Positions 1 to 7,543 of a stretch of 41,941 nt of DNA are shown here, in pieces. The translations under genes and the position numbers were made by a program. Position 1 is the stretch's first letter, and each line of letters starts with the position of its first letter. Under the pieces are notes generated by a model. The model made no database searches. It was not told the DNA's origin and was given only the letters and a program-made list of their open reading frames with translations. The DNA is taken from the NCBI GenBank assembly GCA_046086225.1, contig JBJSXF010000178.1, positions 1 through 41,941 of the forward strand, written 5' to 3'. The stretch is from Actinomycetota bacterium. GTDB taxonomy: Bacteria > Actinomycetota > Acidimicrobiia > IMCC26256 > PALSA-610.

Positions 1-884
1 CGGTCTTCCATGCCGGCTTCCGACATGCGGTCATCCGCGCGCGTTGCGCCGCGTTCGGTCACTCGCGCAACTGCCGTCTCGGCGATGATGTCGGCAACGC
101 TGGCTGCGCTCGACTCGATCGCCGCCGTGCAGGTGGCGTCACCGACCGTGCGGTAGCGCACCATCATTTCCACGACCTCTTCGTCGGGGCCGGGCTGCAG
201 GTGCTCGGTGACCGCCATCAGCATGCCGTCGCGCCGGAACACCGATCGGGAATGCGCGTAGTAGATCGACGGCAGCTCGATCCGCTCGTCGGCGATGTAC
301 TGCCAGATGTCGAGTTCGGTCCAGTTGGAGAGCGGGAACACCCGGATGTGCTCGCCCTTCTTGTGGCGACCGTTGTAGAGGCTCCAGATCTCGGGCCGCT
401 GGTTCTTCGGGTCCCACTGGCCGAAGTCGTCGCGGAACGAGAAGAAGCGCTCCTTGGCCCGGGCCTTCTCCTCGTCGCGGCGGGCACCGCCCATCACGGC
501 ATCGAATCCGTGCTCGGTGATCGCGTCGAGGAGCGTGGTGGTCTGGAGCCGGTTGCGCGACGCCCGGGGCCCGGTCTCCTCGGCAACTCGCCCGGCATCG
601 ATCGATGCCTGCACGGAGGCGACGACGAGGTTGACGCCGAGGCGCTCGACCGAGGAGTCGCGGAAGTCGATCACCTCGGGGAAGTTGTGACCGGTGTCGA
701 CGTGCATGACCGGGAAGGGCAGGCGGGCAGGCCAGAACGCCTTCTTGGCCGCGTGGAGCATCACGACGCTGTCCTTGCCACCCGAGAAGAGCAGCACGGG
801 CCGCTCGAACTCGGCCGCGACCTCGCGGATGAGGTGGATCGACTCCGATTCGAGGGCGTCGAGGTGCGAGATGACTCGGGTCAT
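1..884 (-). CDS. cysD: Sulfate adenylyltransferase subunit 2 (3' end runs off the window)
   Basis: Absent from the ORF track because it has no stop in the window. Manual translation from ATG at 884 gives MTRVISHLDALESESIHLIREVAAEFERPVLLFSGGKDS...HVDTGHNFPEV...GGARRDEEKARAKERFFSFRDDFGQWDPKNQRPEIW...RYRTVGDATCT...ERGATRADDRMSEAGMEDR, all CysD motifs. Confidence 0.95.
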   Translation of the reverse strand, partial: MTRVISHLDALESESIHLIREVAAEFERPVLLFSGGKDSVVMLHAAKKAFWPARLPFPVMHVDTGHNFPEVIDFRDSSVERLGVNLVVASVQASIDAGRVAEETGPRASRNRLQTTTLLDAITEHGFDAVMGGARRDEEKARAKERFFSFRDDFGQWDPKNQRPEIWSLYNGRHKKGEHIRVFPLSNWTELDIWQYIADERIELPSIYYAHSRSVFRRDGMLMAVTEHLQPGPDEEVVEMMVRYRTVGDATCTAAIESSAASVADIIAETAVARVTERGATRADDRMSEAGMED

Positions 885-923
885 GGGGCGGGCGGCCTCC
901 GGTGGTCGGGTTGGGTGGGCCGG

Positions 924-1640
924 TCAGCCCTGCGTCGGCCAGCCGTGCAGGCCGCACTCCATCTTGCCCGCTCCTGACCACCGACCCGAGCGCGGATCGT
1001 CACCGGGGGCGACGGGGCGGGTGCAGGGCCAGCAGCCGATCGAAGGGTACCCGTGGGCGGCGAGTGGGTGCTCGGGGAGGTCGTGGTCGCGCTTGTATGC
1101 CGCGATGTCGGCGTCGGTCCAGGCCGCGAGCGGATTCACCTTCACGATGCCCCGGCCCACGTCGAGGTGCGCGACCGGCGCCGCAGTCCGGGTCGGGGCC
1201 TCGGCCCGCCGCAAGCCGGTGACCCACGCATGGCGCCCGCTGAGGGCTCGGGCGAGGGGCTCGACCTTGCGCATGGCGCAGCACTCGTCGGGGTTCGACT
1301 GCCAGAGGTCGTCGGCCGCGGCGAGCGGACGCATGACCGTGAGGCTCAGGTCGTAGCGCTCGCGCATCCGCTCGACGTACCAGAGCGTCTCGGCGAAGTG
1401 GTACTGGGTGTCGAGGAACACCACCTCGATCCCGGGTGCGGCCTTGGCCGCGAGATCGACGAGCACGCAGTCCTGGAACGATGCGGCGAGGACGACGCCC
1501 GCGCCGAAGCGCTCGTGGGCCCAGCGGATGGCGGCGGAGGCCGGCTTGCGCTCCAGCTCGGCGGCGACGGCGGCCAGCTCGGCCAGGTCGATGTCGACGA
1601 GGGGGCCGCCGGTGCCGACCTCGGGGTCGATGACGCTCAC
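924..1640 (-). CDS. cysH: Adenosine 5'-phosphosulfate (APS/PAPS) reductase, [4Fe-4S] type
   Basis: Motifs FLDTQYHF, ECCAMRKVEPL, TGLRR, KVNPL, GYPSIGCWPCT and RSGRW...ECGLH. CC plus CxxC indicates the Fe-S APS-reductase type. Start placed at GTG 1640, just after the sir stop. Confidence 0.93.
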   Translation of the reverse strand: MSVIDPEVGTGGPLVDIDLAELAAVAAELERKPASAAIRWAHERFGAGVVLAASFQDCVLVDLAAKAAPGIEVVFLDTQYHFAETLWYVERMRERYDLSLTVMRPLAAADDLWQSNPDECCAMRKVEPLARALSGRHAWVTGLRRAEAPTRTAAPVAHLDVGRGIVKVNPLAAWTDADIAAYKRDHDLPEHPLAAHGYPSIGCWPCTRPVAPGDDPRSGRWSGAGKMECGLHGWPTQG

Positions 1641-1647
1641 GCTCGGC

Positions 1648-3444
1648 TCACGTCGCGGCGCATTCGCCGTCGCCCACGTCGGCGACGTAGGGCCCGGTTT
1701 CGTCGTAGTCGACGAAGAAGTCGGGCCCGGCTTCGGGGGTCGGGAAGATGTCGAGCTCGGCGAGGGTCGCACCCACCGCTTCGGCGCCGCCCGCACGGGT
1801 CAGCCACGCCGGGAACGACTCGCCGGCGGAGCGCTCTTCGTTGAACCGGCGCACCACCCGCACGACGGCCTCGGGCGCGTTCTTGGCCGGCACCTTCGTG
1901 GCCTTCTCGCCGAACTCCACCTGGGTCTCGCCGAGGTGGCCGCCGAGGAGCATCTGGTAGCCGGGGGCGGCGCGCCCGTGGGCCCGGCGCTCCAGGCCGA
2001 AGAACCCGATGTCGGAGATGTGGTGCTGTCCGCAGCTGTTGGTGCAGCCCGAGATGTTGACCCGGATCCCGCCGACCTCGGCCAGACCCTCCTCTTCGAG
2101 CGCGTCGCCGATGGCCGCCGCGAGCCCGCGCGACTGGGTGACCGCGAGGTTGCAGGTGTCGGCGCCCGGGCAGCTCACGACGTCACGGGCGAGTTCGGCA
2201 CCCGGTTCGGCCATCCCGGCGTCGGCGAGCCGGTCGTGGAGCGCTCGGAGGTCGGCTTCGGCCACCCCCCGCAGGGCGAAGTTCTGCCGGTTGGTGATGC
2301 GGATCTCGAGTGCGAAGTCGCGCTGGATGTCGGCGAGTGCCCGGAACTGCTCGGCGGTGACGTCGCCGAGGCGCGAGTACGCGATCGCGCTCACCGTGCC
2401 GTCGGCCCGGCCCCGCACGACGTTGGCTTCGACCCAGCGGTCGTAGGGGTCGGTGGCGAGGAGGCGCACCGGTTCGCCGGGCTTGCCGAGCACCGTGGCA
2501 CCGTCGGTGCCGCCGGCCGGCGCATCGCCCGCCGCGAGCACGGCGGCGGGGATGCCGCCCGGCCAGTCGCGAGCCCCGCGGAGGAGCTTGCGCTCCTTCA
2601 GGATGCGCTGCCGCAGTTCGTCGACCCCGTCCTCGAACGTGTCGACGAGCCACTTCATGCGGGCTCGGATCTTGTTGTCGCGGTTGCCGTAGTGGTCGAA
2701 GGTGCGCAGGCACGCGTAGATCGTGGGCATGAGGTCCTCACGGGCGGTGAAGTCCTCGAGTGCCTGGGCCGGGTGGGGGTTGGCTCCGAGCCCGCCGGCC
2801 ACGAACACACGGAATCCGGCCTCGGTGGTGCCGTCGGGCCGGGTGCGGGTGACCGCAACGACGCCGACGTCGTTGAACATCGCCTGGCCGCAGTCGGTGG
2901 CGCAGCCCGAGAAGTTGACCTTGAACTTGCGGGGGAGGCGCTGGCCGTAGGGGTGCCGCAGCAGGAAGTCGGCCGTGGCTTGCGCCCAAGGCGTGATGTC
3001 GAGCACCTCCTGCGGGCAGGCGCCGGCGAGGTGGCAGCCCATGACGTTGCGCACGGTGTCGCCGCAGGCCTCGCGGGTCGTGGCGTCGACCGCAGCGATG
3101 AGCCGCAGGACGGCCGGGGTCTGCTCGAGGGGAACGAAGTGGAACTGCACGTTCTGCCGGGTCGTGAGGTGACCCCAGCCCCGGGAGTGCTCCTCGGCGA
3201 TGTGGGCGTACATCTCGAGCTGGTCGGGGCTCACCCGGCCGTGCGGGATCTTCACCCGGATCATCTGGTTGTGGCCGCCCTGGCGCTGTCCGTAGATGCC
3301 GTGGTTGAGGCGGAACACCCGGAACGCGTCCTCGTCGACGCGACCGTCGAGGTACTCGGCGAGGGTGCGCTCGTAGATCTCGAGCTCCTCGGAGACCACC
3401 GGGTCGAGGCTGCGGGCGGTGAGATCGGCGACGTCGATGGCCAT
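1648..3444 (-). CDS. sir: Ferredoxin-dependent sulfite/nitrite reductase (siroheme, 4Fe-4S), sulfite reductase by context
   Basis: Motifs FRLNHGIYGQRQ, HLTTRQNVQFH, EACGDTVRN, LPRKFK, ITNRQN and CPGADTC...SGCTNSCGQH. First gene of the sir-cysH-cysD operon. ATG 3444 is preceded by GGAG. Confidence 0.88.
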   Translation of the reverse strand: MAIDVADLTARSLDPVVSEELEIYERTLAEYLDGRVDEDAFRVFRLNHGIYGQRQGGHNQMIRVKIPHGRVSPDQLEMYAHIAEEHSRGWGHLTTRQNVQFHFVPLEQTPAVLRLIAAVDATTREACGDTVRNVMGCHLAGACPQEVLDITPWAQATADFLLRHPYGQRLPRKFKVNFSGCATDCGQAMFNDVGVVAVTRTRPDGTTEAGFRVFVAGGLGANPHPAQALEDFTAREDLMPTIYACLRTFDHYGNRDNKIRARMKWLVDTFEDGVDELRQRILKERKLLRGARDWPGGIPAAVLAAGDAPAGGTDGATVLGKPGEPVRLLATDPYDRWVEANVVRGRADGTVSAIAYSRLGDVTAEQFRALADIQRDFALEIRITNRQNFALRGVAEADLRALHDRLADAGMAEPGAELARDVVSCPGADTCNLAVTQSRGLAAAIGDALEEEGLAEVGGIRVNISGCTNSCGQHHISDIGFFGLERRAHGRAAPGYQMLLGGHLGETQVEFGEKATKVPAKNAPEAVVRVVRRFNEERSAGESFPAWLTRAGGAEAVGATLAELDIFPTPEAGPDFFVDYDETGPYVADVGDGECAAT

Positions 3445-3515
3445 GGCGCGCTCCGGGGGAGAGGAGCCGACGGGAGTCCGCCGGTCGGAACCGCACGGTA
3501 CCGGAGCCCGGGGCC

Positions 3516-3540
3516 AAATACCAGCGGACAGGTCAGATTT
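3516..3540. promoter_or_regulatory. Putative Rrf2-family-like operator upstream of the sulfate assimilation operon
   Basis: 25-bp imperfect palindrome AAATACCAGCGGACAGGTCAGATTT with AT-rich ends in a very GC-rich intergenic region. One half (AAATCTGAC) resembles IscR/CymR-type half sites. Confidence 0.35.
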
Positions 3541-3616
3541 CGGTCCGGTGTCCCGAGCGCAGATCTTGCGCTCCGCCCCGCCGGTCGGGAAGCGACCCGT
3601 CGGTAGCCTCGCCGCC

Positions 3617-5299
3617 ATGCGCATGTCCGAGCTCTTCCTCCGCACGCTGCGCGACGACCCGGCCGACGCCGAGGTCGACAGCCACCGCCTCCTCGTGCGG
3701 GCGGGCTACATCCGTCGGGTCTCGGCCGGGATCTACGCCTGGCTGCCGCTCGGTCACCGGGTGCTGCGGCGGGTGAGCGAGATCGTGCGTCAGGAGATGG
3801 ACCGGGCCGGGGCCCAGGAGCTGCTCCTCCCGATCGCCCAGCCGCTCGAGCTGTGGGCCCGTACCGGCCGGGACGTCGCCTACGGGCCGCTCATGTTCCG
3901 GCTCGAGGACCGCAAGGAGACCGGCTACTGCCTCTCGCCCACGGCCGAGGAGTCGGTGACCGCCCTCGTCGCCCAGGAGTACGGCTCGTACCGCGACCTG
4001 CCGGTCAACCTGTACCAGATCAACTGGAAGTACCGCGACGAGCTCCGCCCGCGCTTCGGCCTGCTCCGGGCGCGTGAGTTCCTCATGAAGGACGCCTACT
4101 CCTTCGACCTCGACGCCACCGGGATGCAGCACACCTACGAGCGCATGTACGAGGCGTACTGCCGGGTCTTCGAGCGCTGCGGGCTCACCTTCCGGGCCGT
4201 CGAGGCCCAGTCGGGCGAGATCGGCGGCTCGGAGAGCAGGGAGTTCATGGCGGTCGCGGCCATCGGCGAGGACGACTTCGTCTGGTGCCCCGACTGCGAC
4301 TACGCCGCGAACGTCGAGGCCGCCCGGCGCGCCGGCGGCGACGAAGGCGGAGCACCGGTCGGTGAGATGCCCGCGATGACCGAGGTGGCGACCCCCGATC
4401 TCCCGGGCATCGCCGACGTCTCGGCGGCGCTCGGCGCGACACCGGCCGAGCTGCTCAAGTGCATCGCCTTCGAGGCCGACGGCGAGCTCGGCCTGGCTGT
4501 CGTCCCCGGCGATCGCGAGGTCAACGAGCACGCCCTCGCCGCCGCGTGCGCGCCCCGCACCGTCCGACTGCTCGACGACGAGGCATTCGCCCGCCGACCC
4601 GATCTCCCGAAGGGTTACATCGGTCCGCACTTCTCCGGTGCGGCGTTCGTCGTCGCCGATCCGGCGGTCCGGGCCGGCACCGGATGGATCACGGGCGCGA
4701 ACCGCGTCGACCACCACGTGCGCGACGCGGTACTCGGGCGAGACTTCTCGGTCGACGTCTGGGCCGATCTCGCGACCGTCGTGCCCGGGGATGCCTGTCC
4801 GCGTTGCGGCGGCGCGCTCCGCATCGACCGGGGCATCGAGGTCGGTCACGTCTTCCAGCTCGGCACGAAGTACTCCGAGGCGCTCGACGCCCGCTACACC
4901 GACGCAGCGGGTGACCAGCACCCCATGGTGATGGGCTGCTACGGCATCGGCGTCTCGCGAGTCCTCGCCGCCATCGTCGAGGAGCACCACGACGAGGCGG
5001 GTCTCGCCTGGCCCGAGGCGGTGGCGCCCTACGACGTGCACCTCATCGTGGTTCCCGGTCGGGGCGAGCATGCGGCGACGGTGATCGCCCAAGCCGAGCG
5101 GCTCTACGAGCAGCTGCGGGCCGAGGGGCAGGAGGTGCTCCTCGACGACCGGGACGTCAGCCCCGGCGTGAAGTTCGCCGACGCCGATCTGCTCGGCGTT
5201 CCCGTTCAGCTCGTGGTGGGGGCCAAGGGCGTCGCCCGGGGGGTCGTCGAGCGCAAGATCCGGGCCACCGGGGTCCGCGACGAGGTGCCGCTCGCCTGA
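3617..5299 (+). CDS. proS: Proline--tRNA ligase (bacterial type with editing insertion)
   Basis: MRMSELFLRTLRDDPADAEVDSHRLLVRAGYIR, KYRDELRPRFGLLRAREFLMKDAYSF, GIEVGHVFQLGTKYS, MGCYGIGVSR. TAGCCT -10-like hexamer 7 nt before the ATG. Confidence 0.97.
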   Translation: MRMSELFLRTLRDDPADAEVDSHRLLVRAGYIRRVSAGIYAWLPLGHRVLRRVSEIVRQEMDRAGAQELLLPIAQPLELWARTGRDVAYGPLMFRLEDRKETGYCLSPTAEESVTALVAQEYGSYRDLPVNLYQINWKYRDELRPRFGLLRAREFLMKDAYSFDLDATGMQHTYERMYEAYCRVFERCGLTFRAVEAQSGEIGGSESREFMAVAAIGEDDFVWCPDCDYAANVEAARRAGGDEGGAPVGEMPAMTEVATPDLPGIADVSAALGATPAELLKCIAFEADGELGLAVVPGDREVNEHALAAACAPRTVRLLDDEAFARRPDLPKGYIGPHFSGAAFVVADPAVRAGTGWITGANRVDHHVRDAVLGRDFSVDVWADLATVVPGDACPRCGGALRIDRGIEVGHVFQLGTKYSEALDARYTDAAGDQHPMVMGCYGIGVSRVLAAIVEEHHDEAGLAWPEAVAPYDVHLIVVPGRGEHAATVIAQAERLYEQLRAEGQEVLLDDRDVSPGVKFADADLLGVPVQLVVGAKGVARGVVERKIRATGVRDEVPLA

Positions 5300-5403
5300 T
5301 CCCGGAGCTCCGAGGCATTCCACCCGGCGGGCGGGGACACGTGGGCGGGTGCGCTATGATCTCCCCCCGAAGTGCCGGGTGCCCCCGCCGTCGGGGGTAG
5401 GGG

Positions 5404-5433
5404 AACGTGGGCCCGAGGCCCACGTTTTTTCTT
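5404..5433 (+). terminator. rimP-leader intrinsic terminator/attenuator hairpin
   Basis: AACGTGGGCC-CGA-GGCCCACGTT followed by TTTTCTT. It lies between a TATGAT -10 (5355-5360) and the rimP start and matches the conserved GUGGG/CCCAC hairpin known upstream of rimP. Confidence 0.8.
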
Positions 5434-5468
5434 GACAGCCGGGGACGGGCCGCGAGGAGGCCGGAGCG

Positions 5469-5996
5469 ATGAGCACGAGTGGCGACGAGGCGAGGGCCGA
5501 CGCGGTCCGAACCGCGGTCGAACCCGTCCTCGCCGCGCTCGGGTTCGCCTGTTACGACGTCGAGATCGCCGGCGGCGCGTCCGCCCGCACCCTGCGGGTG
5601 ACCGTCACCCGGGAGGGTGGCGTCGATCTCGAGGCCATCACCGAGGCCACTCGGGCCGTCTCGCCCGTCATCGACGAGATCGACGTGATCGGCGACGCCT
5701 ACACCCTCGAGGTCAGCAGCCCGGGGCTCGAGCGCCCGTTGCGCCGACCCGAGCACTACGCCGGGGCCCGGGGCGCCGAGGTCACGCTCAAGGTCCGGGT
5801 CGACGGTTCGCTCCGGCGGATCCACGGCGTCGTCGCCGGCGCCGACGCCACCGGGGTCGAGATCCTCGATGCCGACGGCACCCGCACCCGTTACGAGTTC
5901 TCCGAGATCGACCGGGCGCGCACGGTCTTCTCGTGGGGAGCGCAGAGCCGCTCCGACCGGCCGCGCGGCACACGAAGGGGTGAGGTCAATGCGTAA
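5469..5996 (+). CDS. rimP: Ribosome maturation factor RimP
   Basis: YTLEVSSPGLERPLRRPEHY motif, GAGGAGG SD, position directly upstream of nusA. Confidence 0.95.
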   Translation: MSTSGDEARADAVRTAVEPVLAALGFACYDVEIAGGASARTLRVTVTREGGVDLEAITEATRAVSPVIDEIDVIGDAYTLEVSSPGLERPLRRPEHYAGARGAEVTLKVRVDGSLRRIHGVVAGADATGVEILDADGTRTRYEFSEIDRARTVFSWGAQSRSDRPRGTRRGEVNA

Positions 5997-7275
5997 TCCC
6001 GAGATGCTCGAGGCTCTCTCCGCCCTCGCGGCCGAGAAGGGCATCTCCGAGGACATCATGCTCGAGGCGCTCGCCAACGCCCTCGTCACCGCCTACAAGC
6101 GCTCACCCGACGCGGCCGAGGAGGCGCTGGTCGAGATCGACGTCGAGACCGGCGAGATCCGGGTCATCGCCCAGGAGCTCGACGAGGAAGGCGATGTCGT
6201 CCGGGAGTGGGACGACACCCCCGACGACTTCGGGCGCATCGCGGCCCAGACTGCGAAGCAGGTGATCCTCCAGCGCATCCGCGAGGCCGAGCGCGAGATG
6301 AAGTACGAGGAGTACGCCGGCCGCGAGGGCGACATCGTCACCGGCATCATCCAGCAGACCGACGCCCGCTACACCCTGCTCGACCTCGGCCGGGTCGAAG
6401 CGCTGCTGCCCCAGGCCGAGCAGGTGCCGGGCGACCGCTACGACCACGGCGCGCGCATGAAGGCGTACATCGTCGAGGTCCGCAAGACGGCGAAGGGCCC
6501 GCAGATCGTGGTGTCCCGCACCCACCCCGGCCTCGTGAAGCGGCTGTTCGAGCTCGAGGTGCCCGAGCTCCTCGACGGGGTCGTGGAGATCAAGGGTGTG
6601 GCCCGCGAACCCGGCCACCGCACGAAGATCGCCGTGCTGTCCCACGACGGCAACGTCGACCCGGTCGGCGCGTGCGTCGGAGCCCGGGGCATGCGCGTCC
6701 GCCAGGTCGTCACCGAGCTCCGGGGCGAGAAGGTCGACATCGTGCCGTTCAGCGACGACCATCCCGAGTTCGTGATGCGGGCCCTCGCTCCGGCCAAGGT
6801 GCGTGAGGTCCGCATCCACGAGGACACCGGCATCGCCGAGGTGATCGTCCCCGACTTCCAGCTGTCGCTCGCGATCGGCAAGGAGGGGCAGAACGCCCGC
6901 CTGGCGGCGCGGCTCACCGGCTGGCGGGTCGACATCAAGAGCGAGACCCAGCTCGCCGAGGAGGAGTCGGGCGCCGGCTACGCCGAGGGCGAGTGGGTCG
7001 AAGGCGCGGGTGGCGAGCTCATGTGGCAGCCGGCCGAAGGCGGAGAGGCGATCAGCGCCGCGGAGGCCGGCTACGGGCTCGTGCCCGGCGGCACCGTCGA
7101 GCGCGGGGCCGACGACGCCACCGAGGGTGTGACGGTCGACGCCGCCGCAGCGGCCGATGCCGTCGTCGGCGTCGATGACACCGTCGACGCGTCGCCGGCC
7201 GCCGAGGAAGCCGCCGTCCACGTCGAGGCGGAACCCGCCCCGGCCGAGGACGCCCCCGAGGAGGGCGAGCTCTGA
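5989..7275 (+). CDS. nusA: Transcription termination/antitermination factor NusA
   Basis: FGRIAAQTAKQVILQRIREAER, SRTHPGLVKRLFELEVPE, VDPVGACVG, LSLAIGKEGQNARLAARLTGWRVDIKSE. ATG 5989 overlaps the rimP end. Confidence 0.97.
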   Translation: MRNPEMLEALSALAAEKGISEDIMLEALANALVTAYKRSPDAAEEALVEIDVETGEIRVIAQELDEEGDVVREWDDTPDDFGRIAAQTAKQVILQRIREAEREMKYEEYAGREGDIVTGIIQQTDARYTLLDLGRVEALLPQAEQVPGDRYDHGARMKAYIVEVRKTAKGPQIVVSRTHPGLVKRLFELEVPELLDGVVEIKGVAREPGHRTKIAVLSHDGNVDPVGACVGARGMRVRQVVTELRGEKVDIVPFSDDHPEFVMRALAPAKVREVRIHEDTGIAEVIVPDFQLSLAIGKEGQNARLAARLTGWRVDIKSETQLAEEESGAGYAEGEWVEGAGGELMWQPAEGGEAISAAEAGYGLVPGGTVERGADDATEGVTVDAAAAADAVVGVDDTVDASPAAEEAAVHVEAEPAPAEDAPEEGEL

Positions 7276-7529
7276 GCGCACCCGTTCGCACCTGCGTCGG
7301 CTGCCGCCGGCGCGTGACGCCCGACGCGTCCTGGATTCGCCTCGCGGCGCGCCGCGGTGGCGCGATCGGCTGCGGACGCACGGCTCCGGGCCGCGGGGCC
7401 TGGGCCTGCTCCGACGCCTGTTTCGCGGCGGCGGCCGAGCGCGGGCGCTACTCGCGGGCCCTGCGTCGCCGGGTCACGGGCGCCGAGGCCTTCGCCGGGC
7501 GCGCGACACTTCACGGGAACGATCGGTAG
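7272..7529 (+). CDS. ylxR: YlxR/DUF448 nucleic-acid-binding protein (RnpM family)
   Basis: The frame reads (CTG)SAPVRTCVGCRRR...APGRGAWACSDACFAAAAERGRYSRALR, with family motifs PxRTCVGCR and GRGAW/Y. Lies between nusA and infB. The only plausible start before the motif is CTG overlapping the nusA TGA. Confidence 0.8.
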   Translation: MSAPVRTCVGCRRRVTPDASWIRLAARRGGAIGCGRTAPGRGAWACSDACFAAAAERGRYSRALRRRVTGAEAFAGRATLHGNDR

Positions 7530-7543
7530 GAGCGGACACCCCC

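Noticed and set aside
139-981. 280-aa minus-strand ORF and overlapping plus-strand ORFs at the left edge
   Set aside because: These are off-frame Arg/Pro-rich shadows. The real gene is cysD in another minus frame that runs off the window.
3445-3616. SAM or other riboswitch upstream of the sulfate assimilation operon
   Set aside because: I could not find SAM-I/SAM-IV core motifs or a terminator/antiterminator pair. An Rfam covariance search would be needed to exclude it fully.
7157-7543. N-terminal extensions given by the ORF track for infB (and likewise proS, nusA, sir, rimO, rpsO, the diiron gene)
   Set aside because: They overlap neighbouring real genes and lack family similarity. Downstream starts with SD or -10 support fit the known N-termini.
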